64,000 nucleotides of DNA from Zootoca vivipara (taxonomy: Eukaryota), in the NCBI RefSeq assembly GCF_963506605.1, contig NC_083278.1:53258001-53322000 (forward strand), read 5' to 3'. The notes beneath the pieces are model-generated. The model saw nothing but the letters and a program-made list of their open reading frames with translations. It was not told the DNA's origin and did no database searches. A program made the position numbers and the translations under genes. Positions 54,630-64,000 of the stretch are shown in pieces. The stretch's first letter is position 1. Every line of letters starts with the position of its first letter.

Positions 54630-54765
54630 ACAGGCATTCCCAAACTGCGGCCCTCCAGATGTTTTGGCCTACAATTCCCATCTTCCCCGACCACTGGTCC
54701 TGTTAGCTAGGGATCATGGGAGTTGTAGGCCAAAACATCTGGAGGGCCGCAGTTTGGGAATGCCT
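54630..54765. mobile_element. MITE family B copy
   Basis: Perfect long TIRs; flanking duplication gtttaaa. Confidence 0.9.
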
Positions 54766-55286
54766 GGTTTAAAACATGCCAATGTAATCTCCCAACAGAT
54801 TCTTTATAACTCTTGAAAAGGCCACTTAACCAATTACATTTCCTCCTGGCTTTGAGGAAATAAGAACAGTATGCAAAGCAGGCATCCTTCTACCTCAGAA
54901 GCAGTTCAATTTTTCTCATATTCACACATTTAGTCAACCTGCTGGTGTTTGGCTTTGGATGAAAATATGGCAGAGATAACAAAATGAGCAGTGGGGCAAT
55001 TTCAACTCCCATTGCCCCAACAACTCTGACACAGATTCTGAAGCTATGTGAGTTGCTAGTGCATATCTAGGCTTAAGTATGCCTAAGGACCTTTTCTGAT
55101 TTATATTGAACTGCCGGTAGGAAAGTCATATCTCAATGAAATTTTGAAAGAAGAAGAAGAAGCTCTTCTTCCCCTTCACCCTCATTTGGAAATTCAGATC
55201 CAAAAGCCACTTTTGAGAATCACTGTGAGCAAGACTAAATATTATGTCTTGCAGATAAGAATTATGGCACTCATTTTATATACTAA

Positions 55287-57088
55287 CTAGTGTATTTCAG
55301 CCCGTTCAATAACGGGCGCTAGAAGATATGTGAGAGGAGCAGCGGGGCTGCGGCTTTCCCTCTCTCTCTCTCTAGAAAGAAATGCTTTTAATGATAAGAC
55401 ATAATGTTTAACTTGTGTACTAAGGGCAGCGGAGGTGCAGCCTTAGAACAGTTTGGACAGGAGGGTTCAGTGACTGCAGTTAGACGATTACATTAGCAAT
55501 GCCTGATCACTTAATTCAGAATACATGGATAGAATCATAGAGCTGGGAGGGACTCCCAGGGTCATCTAGTCCAACCCCCTGCAATGCAGGATTCTTTTTG
55601 GCCAACGTGGGGCTCGAATCCTTGACTCCCTGAGATTAATGAGTCTCATGCTTTAGTGAACTGATGGTGCACAGGGGAAGAATAAGAATACTTCAGATGG
55701 CACTGCCTAGAAAACACCAATTCTCACATTCTAGGAGAAGAGAGTCGGCGCCCTGCCCTCGCCCGGGAGTGCTGCTATCACCGATGCACCTGTGACTAAG
55801 CCCAAAAGCGCAGATATATCGTGTGGGACCCTCCCCCGGAAGACACAATATGAAATATTGGCGGGGGGGATGAGGGAAAGAGGGGGGCCAGCTGCGTCCC
55901 CCTTCTTGACGGGGCAGCGTCACTCTCCACGATCGCGTGAAAGGCTGTGTGACAGGGAGGAAACGACACCCTTTCATCCTCCCCACCCACCCCGTGAAAG
56001 CCAAGAAAGAAAGAAAAAGTTTCAGGAAGGTCCAGCCTTTTCCTGTCCCTATAAAGTTGTCTCATCATCTGCCCAATAAAAGACCTAAGTGCCATAACAG
56101 GATCAGGGGCCAACCTGGCAGGACACTGGGGGAAGAAGGCGAAAGGCTGTAGCAAGTAAACAGGGCTGGTGAAGAAATCTCAGCCTTTTACCAGGGGACG
56201 CTGTGGCTTTAAACCACTCCAAGAAGGGTTTCCTCAAACGTCCCCTCCCTGCTCGGTTGCCTCGCTCACCCGTGCTCCGGTGTCTGATTAAATGAGAAGG
56301 AAGTGTGGGAGTGAAGCTCTCCCTTTAAGAGGCAGCCTGCAATGACAATTTCAACAATTTGTGGTTGCAGGCTGCCTCTTAAAGGGAGAGCTTCGCAGCC
56401 TCCACTCCCAAACTTCCTTCTCGTTTAATCAGACCCCAGAGTGCAGGGGGGGGGAGAGGAAAATAGGATCGCTGAAAAGGGGGGGGGGAGGAAGAAAGAA
56501 GGACAGGGCGGGGGAGGTTCAAGGAGGTGAGAAAGCGAGCGAGGCAACGGAGAAGGGAGTGGAAATTACAATGGCAATTTCAACATTGCAGGATGGCATT
56601 CCACAGCTCTCACTCTTCCCCTCTTGTTCACATCGGCAGACTGAGGATGCCGGCGCTAGAACATCCCGGGGTTGCCGGCTCTGTCGGTTGGGGGGGGAGG
56701 GAGAAGCAATCCGATCCTCTGCTTCTCCCTGCCCCCACCTGACAGAGCCAAATGCCGGCTCTGTCGGGTGGAGGGAGGGAGAAGCAATCCTATAGGGACA
56801 GCGGGGTTTACTGCTGTGTAAGCGGACAGAGAATTGTACTGTTGGCAAAAGACGTGCTTCTTCTCTCCCGCCCGCTCCTTCAAGGCGCCCCTTGGAAGGA
56901 ACTTCCTCGCTTGGAGCAGCAGTTGGCGGCCAGGGAAACGGTAGGTGGGGGGGGGGAGAGAGCGCGTGCGTGTGCGCGTTCTGTCTCTCCGTCCAATCCC
57001 TGTGTCTCTGGGGTACATGCGCAGTACCCCAGGGACACACGGGACACAGGGACTGGACGCAGGGACACTTGCATATTATTATATAGGA
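55287..57088 (-). mobile_element. Non-autonomous Helitron (~1.8 kb, GC/CpG-rich)
   Basis: Minus strand starts TCCTATATAATAAT and ends with hairpin GCCCGTT-N4-AACGGGC, ~9 nt, then CTAG|T; no TSD; composition distinct from flanks. Confidence 0.75.
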
Positions 57089-58460
57089 CTTGACAAATTA
57101 CAGTAGATAACTTGCGCCCCGTTCAAGGTTATGAAAGCTTTACATTTAGTATCAGCCATTCTTGGGAATGCAAAAGTAATTTAAAAGTGGGGGGGGGGGT
57201 AAATAAAAGTAGGGATAATGAAAGATCCATTTTGTAAGCAGACCTGAATTGGAAAAATGTGTTTTAATATTGCTCCCTCACACATTCCTACCGCTTTACA
57301 TTTGAGTCCTTTCACCCAGGCTTTATGCCTCAATATTCTTTTGTATACAACAGAAAATTCAGAGGCCTTTTTTTTTCCATAGAGGAAAGAGCCTCAAGTA
57401 GTTTACATCCGCTTCTAGAGCCCACATTAATTATAATAATAAAGCCATGCAGCCAATGGGAAAACACTAGAAATCCTGTGGTCTGAAGTATGCAACTTGT
57501 CATCAACCTAGATCATATGAAAAATGTATCCTATGGACCTGGTTTAAAGCTATAATCCTAACTTACACTAGGACACCCACCTGGAGGACGTTTACATTGA
57601 AATCAAATGGATATTTTTTCCTATCCTATTTCGAGTTTTCTGCCTTTGTCCTCCAAAGACAGCAGTCTTTCCATTTTATTAAAAACCCAGAATGTCCTTA
57701 AAGCACTAAGTATACTTTTCTGTACAGATTAAAATCCTCAGAAGGGTGGAGTGCCTTCTATATTTAGCAAAACCAGTACCTACAAATGACTGATACTGGC
57801 AAATATAGACCCTTGTCAACTGTCATTGAGCAAATGCCAGTGGAGAATGTGTATATAATTTTCTGTGTGGGTTTAACAGCTGTGCATATTGGTATGTATA
57901 CTACAAGCCTCTGCATGGTTATTCTGGGGATAGCCAATGACAGATTACACTTTTACGATGCAGAAGAGCCAAGAATAAACATAAACCGAAGAACTGGGTC
58001 ATATTTAAGTTTACCAAGTCAACATTTATTTTCTGTAAGAGAAAAAACAGAGAAAATCTGTTATATCAACTCTTATTTTAAAAAAATTATTAACCAAATG
58101 GTCTCACAAACATGGGTGGGTGTATCTGTCAATTTTAGTTTCTCTCTGTTTCTCATTATTCCAGTCTTAAATTCAGTTCTCTATATTTACACATCAATTT
58201 TTTAAAAGTCCTTGTGAAAATCCACCAGCATTTTAGTGCAATTTTCTCCTTATTCAGTATGCACATTTTTGTTTTGTTTTTACCCAAAAATTCCAAAAAA
58301 TATGTTTTGTTTTGTATTTTTGTATTGTGGGTGTAGTGTTTTGCTTCTAATAGATGTTTATAAAATTATATGCACATTTTTGTATGCAATATCTCCTTAT
58401 ATAAAGCACCCTTGCATCTCATTTTCAGTAATATATGCATTTTTATGCACACTTTACCCC

Positions 58461-59546
58461 ATTGACTATGCAAAAGCCTTCGACTGTGTCGACCACAGCA
58501 AACTATGGCAAGTTCTTAAAGAAATGGGAGTGCCTGATCACCTCATCTGTCTCCTGAGAAATCTCTATGTGGGACAAGAAGCTACAGTTAGAACTGGATA
58601 TGGAACAACTGATTGGTTCAAAATTGGGAAAGGAGTACGACAAGGTTGTATATTGTCTCCCTGCTTATTTAACTTATATGCAGAATTCATCATGCGAAAG
58701 GCTGGACTAGATGAATCCCAAGCCGGAATTAAGATTGCCGGAAGAAATATCAACAACCTCAGATATGCAGATGACACAACCTTGATGGCAGAAAGCGAGG
58801 AGGAATTAAAGAACCTTTTAATGAGGGTGAAAGAGGAGAGCGCAAAATATGGTCTGAAGCTCAACATCAAAAAAACCAAGATCATGGCCACTGGTCCCAT
58901 CACCTCCTGGCAAATAGAAGGGGAAGAAATGGAGGCAGTGAGAGATTTTACTTTCTTGGGCTCCTTGATCACTGCAGATGGTGACAGCAGTCACGAAATT
59001 AAAAGACGCCTGCTTCTTGGGAGAAAAGCAATGACAAACCTAGACAGCATCTTAAAAAGCAGAGACATCACTTTGCCGACAAAGGTCCGTATAGTTAAAG
59101 CTATGGTTTTCCCAGTAGTGATGTATGGAAGTGAGAGCTGGACCATAAAGAAGGCTGATCGTCGAAGAATTGATGCTTTTGAATTATGGTGCTGGAGGAG
59201 ACTCTTGAGAGTCCCATGGACTGCAAGAAGATCAAACCTATCCATTCTTAAGGAAATCAGCCCTGAGTGCTCCCTGGAAGGACAGATCGTGAAGCTGAGG
59301 CTCCAATACTTTGGCCACCTCATGAGAAGAGAAGAATCCTTGGAAAAGACCCTGATGTTGGGAAAGATGGAGGGCACTAGGAGAAGGGGACGACAGAGGA
59401 CGAGATGGTTGGACAGTGTTCTCGAAGCTACGAACATGAGTTTGACCAAACTGCGGGAGGCAGTGCAAGACAGGAGTGCCTGGCGTGCTATGGTCCATGG
59501 GGTCACGAAGAGTCGGACACGACTAAACGACTAAACAACAACAACA
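58461..59546 (+). mobile_element. Young 5'-truncated Bov-B LINE with an uninterrupted RT/C-terminal ORF
   Basis: IDYAKAFDCVDH...GVRQGCILSP...NLRYADDTTL...TRLND*, then (CAA)n tail; ~357 codons without a stop. Confidence 0.97.
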
Positions 59547-62500
59547 AAATACATTTGTATACACATTACTTGGCTGTAGAAATGCATTGCAAAATTGGGA
59601 GACCTGCAAATTTCAAAGGACGGCTGGGTCTTGGTTCACAGATTGTTGACAAATGCACAAATTAGGTAAGTTTCGATCCAATGCAAACTGGATCGAATTT
59701 CTTTCCCAACCTTATTCTCAAGTGCCCCTTCTACCACTGAAAACATTATTTGGTAGGTTCCATGTTTGGTGCATGGCCGGGGTGTGTGGATCCAGCTCAG
59801 ACTTATTTCGGGCTGCCCTTGGATAAGATGCCTTCAGTGGTGCAGTTCTTTCTCAGGGCTGTTCATTTTAGGTTAAGGGGGCACGGAGTGTCAATAGGGG
59901 CAAATTGGCCACTTAGTTGGGGAAAATCTTTCCTACTTCAGATCATAAAACCCTGGCTTCAGGTAAGAGAAGATCCTTTTCCTTCAGTTGAAGGTCCCCA
60001 TGGTGAAAGGCTAAATTCAGTATTTCCAAGGTCACACAACAAGTAAAGTTTGGCTCATAAGAAATAATCCAAAATCCATTTTAGGATTGTATCTGCCATT
60101 TCACCTAAAATTAATTCCCACCTCTATTTATCTTCATTCCTGCATTCTGTCTACCAGGGAACCTGTGTCTTTCACCTAATGATAGAGGCCAACCTGGGTC
60201 ACAGCTGGTTTTGTATTTCCTGAAATGGAGATTTGGCCATTGTCATACTATATCTTCCCTGTAGACCTTGGTGGAACCTGATACCTTCATAGCACCTCAT
60301 TCAACTGACTGGCATCTCCCTCTGCCTTAAGATTCTTACAAGATTCAGGCTGGAGGCATTGCCAGAAGTAATGTATCTCTCTCTGATTACCATCTAGCCT
60401 GAGTTCTGGATAACTTGAATGTTTGTACACTATTTTGTGAATTTTTTGGTGCTTTAAACGAATTACCCTAATATTGTGCTTGATGAGTCAGCCATCACCA
60501 AACAATGGGATAACAAAAGCTGTTTGTCAAAGTGTTTCCTTTACTTTCACATAACAGCAAGTTGTATGTATGGAGCTGGAATCACCGTGTTTACATCCAC
60601 CACTGCCAATAAGATGTCATAACTTTTCAGTTAAAGGAAAGGACTTTCTTTCCCAGCAGGTTCACATAATTCAAAGGACTCATTTTGTCATATTGTTGTT
60701 TGTCAGATATTTTCTTATGGGTCAAGCTCTTATATAATGCTTCCCCCCCCCCATCCCGTACCTTCTCGAAATAATGCTAGTTGATTCTTGGTAAATTAAG
60801 CAAGATGATGCAGATGGCTTATGCTAAATGTGCCAGTATTTAGCATATTGATTGAGTTTGGTTTTCTAGTGAAAAGTTTTACATTTCTTCTCTGACAGCT
60901 TCAGTGGCTAAATGGGCTTTTAACAATAGTGAAAACGTGACTTTGTGCATTGAGCAACCTACTTTTCTTTTCTTAGTTTTTTCCCCTCGCAACTTAAACT
61001 GTATTGCCAGAGGAATTGAGCAAATAAAGAAATTGATCACAGTAATGGCTTTCGGCAAGAGGTCTCATGAGTCTCATTTCCCTTGGCTTCCCTACTGCCA
61101 TTTTTTTTAAAAAAAATGCTATTGTGGTTTGATTTCCGTACTAAATAAGATATTTTGTTGATGGAAACTTGCCCTTATGCAGCAATACTGTTCATCACAA
61201 ATGTATTTTGATGCTGAAAATTGAGAAAAGGCTTCTTTTGGATTAGAAATTCAGCAGTTGTGGTGGTTCAAAAAAAATTGTGGCTGGGGTTTCTCAAAAG
61301 TTAGGAGGAAACTATTGTTTTTTCAGAAAGTTGAGCACCGTTACTGTCCATGATGCACCCACACTGTTGTTTCAGGTCAGCAACTTTGACCAGACATAGA
61401 ATTTAGTACATGTAGCAATTCTCAATTCTATTTTACTGATATGCAAAACAAAAACAAAAACAGAACCTGCTATGGTAAGCTCCTTCTAAATCCCTCCCAA
61501 AAGCACTGACTGAAAGTAAAAGGATAGCCTTTGTGTGGTCATTTTCTGATTGGAAGCTAGAGGTGTCTGTCATGCCACCACCCCTCCTACGCCTCAGACC
61601 CTTTCCTCCTGGTGTTTTATATTTGTGAGTGGTTTCAAAATATGTATCAAAGTGGCCAGAAAAAAAAAAGTATAAACACCCTTCTGGGGCGGTTCTGAAG
61701 CAATAAGATTTTTCCTTCTTTGGCTTAAACTGCTTCAGAGTGACCTAAGTTACTTCATGTCAGGCCATTTCAGTTTGGTTTGTGCTTCATCTGAACTGAA
61801 TGCACAACCTTATGCTTTTTGCTCTCTTAAAATCTCTTGTCTGTCTCCAGAAAAACGTTTGGATTTGTAAAACATCCAGGAAGACATATGTGGCTTTGTT
61901 CTGAGCTGCATGGCATGTTAAGCTGGGGAAGGGTGGGTGAAATAATACATGAAGTGGAAAATCTGTGGTTGGATCCCCCAATATATTTTTCTTTCCATAA
62001 AAGCAGCCCTCAGGGCCAAAGAAGAGTCCTCAGGTATCCCTTTCCTCATGTTCCCAATTTACATGACCCCTCTTCCAAGCTACTATTGATCATGAAGGAG
62101 AGGGGGGAAATACACAGCCTTAATGCCTATCTTTAATCCATTCAGTTGAAAAATTAATTCTTCTTACCACTATGGCCAGAATCTGACCTGGGTCCCTCAC
62201 AGCTCTTGTTGGGTGAAGATTAGCATTCTGGAAGATCTGGTCATAGGTTAGGGTAAGGCAGGAATGAGTGTTAGTTGCTGCTGCTGTTTCTGTTCCGGGA
62301 AGTAAACAAGATCTACTGTGAATACTCGGCATCATTGTTGAAAATTAATTATGGTTTGATGGAGGAGCTAAAGAACTAGCCTTTCCCACCATGCTGCACT
62401 TTCCCCACTGTTTAGTGCTGCAGAATTGGAACTTCTCATTGTGTCTCCACTTCCACTTTTCTTTGGTGTAAGCTGGGAAAGAGTGTGGAACAAGAGTAAC

Positions 62501-63462
62501 CATTTCTCCTGGCTCCATATCAGCAAGTCAGCCCACTGTTGCTGCTAAAACTAATTGATGGTAGGGGTGGACAGGAACCAGGTTTTCTTCAAAGATTTGC
62601 TGAATAGGTAAAAGGCCAATGAACTTGTATGTCCTGTTCCAAAATCAGCCTTAAGAATGCTAGGGGGAGGTGTGCGCGACGGAGTCAAGATGCGTAGTGA
62701 GAATTGTTTGTGCTTAAGTGCTAACACATAGTTGACAGAACAGAGGCATTCAAAGGGAAGAGGTTATTGTCTATAGTGTTTGCTTGCAAAGTAACAAGGT
62801 TTAATGCTTGGGATACTTTCATGTCCAAGATACATTGGGGGGGGGGAGAGGGAGGCGATGACAAATTGTTAACAATCCTGTGAGAAAATTCTCCCAGCAG
62901 TTCACAGGACAAACGCGCTGTAGTGACAGGAAAGCAAAACAGAATCCCACACAGGAAGTCAAGGGATCTCTGTATGGCTTTGGGGATGTAAGAAGCACAG
63001 TGTGCTCTGGTCAAGAGGATGTCCACGTGTAAACAGGAAGTTTTTGCAGGCACGGCTAAGCCCTTCAGTGATGATCAGGATTGCACTGAAACAAGTAATG
63101 GGCTGCTGCTGGTGATGATCATTTGCACAAACACACTAGTGGGATATTGTCTGCACAATAAACTGTAGCCTGTTTTGGTACAGGTGATATAACTGGAGCT
63201 TAATTTTGGAGACCTACATGGACCAGCAGTATATGGGAGCAGATGTGGAAGTGGTAATGCAGTCCTTAAGACTACGTGGGTGTTTTTTTTCCTGACTTGG
63301 TTTCTAGTCGAACTGGTTTTTTATTTTTGTTTTTTGTTTTGTTTCTGCAGCAATTCAAGCAGTGTGCGGGGAAAGGTGAAACTAGTTCTCTGACCAAAAA
63401 GTACGCCACATCTTTTCTCAACCATTCGCCATAAATAAATATCAAAGTGACACAGACTAGGA

Positions 63463-63560
63463 ACAGGTAGGTAGCCGTGTTGGTCTGCCGTAGTCAAAAC
63501 AAAATTTTTAAAAAATTAAAAATTCCTTCCAGCAGCACCTTAGAGACCAACCACGTTTGT
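63463..63560. mobile_element. Probable Penelope-like element terminal fragment
   Basis: ggtagccgtgttggtctg...gcaccttagagaccaac resembles squamate Penelope ends; recalled similarity only. Confidence 0.5.
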
Positions 63561-64000
63561 ATGAGCTTTCGTGTGCATGCACAGACAAGGAAGACACTGA
63601 AACATCCATTTCATATTAGTAATACTGGCTTGCCTGATGTAACCATCACCAATAAAATTATGTGAAACACTTCTGAACACTTGAAGTGTGCTCACTATTA
63701 CTGGTTGCTGGATACAGAGAACAGGGAAGCTCAGCAGCTTTCACAGAACTCTTTAATGCAGCCACCTCTACCCCTGGTCACAAGATCAGTAAGAAGCGGT
63801 AATTTGTTGAGCAATAGCAGATAAATGGAAGTGATGGAGCCATAATAGGCTCATATAATAGCAGCAGGACTTCAGGTTTTTCAGTGATGCTGGCAGCCAA
63901 AACTTAGTGAATTAGACATGAAATTCCTAGGTTTGATGTTTGCCGGGAAAAGCCATGCCTGTGAAATTGTAGGTTTTTAATTGGATGTTATGAAAGTTCA

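Noticed and set aside
55693-57093. Cluster of long overlapping ORFs / possible gene promoter CpG island
   Set aside because: GC-rich TE interior bounded by Helitron ends; no recognisable protein or first-exon structure.
58236-58460. N-terminal 75 aa of the 432-aa ORF
   Set aside because: Chance open frame in a T-rich older repeat upstream of the Bov-B truncation point; not part of the RT.

Overview
Eukaryotic, repeat-rich vertebrate DNA, almost certainly a squamate (lizard): it carries Sauria SINEs, young Bov-B (RTE) LINE fragments, Rex1/Babar, L2, CR1, a second RTE family, hAT- and Tigger-type MITEs, two solo LTRs and a ~1.8 kb non-autonomous Helitron. No known host gene was recognised with confidence, and most short ORFs in the track are noise or TE-derived. 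The best non-repeat signal is a candidate three-exon, phase-compatible, stop-free 196-aa ORF on the minus strand (37461-37285, 19865-19640, 19161-18974) with a weak colinear resemblance to filovirus VP24. Around it I see scattered, stop- and frameshift-ridden peptide matches to filovirus genes (minus strand, in viral gene order) and to bornavirus genes (plus strand, two tracts). These were aligned by eye against reference proteins recalled from memory. Individually they score near chance, and some stretches matched two different references equally well. They are testable hypotheses of endogenous viral elements, not established features.
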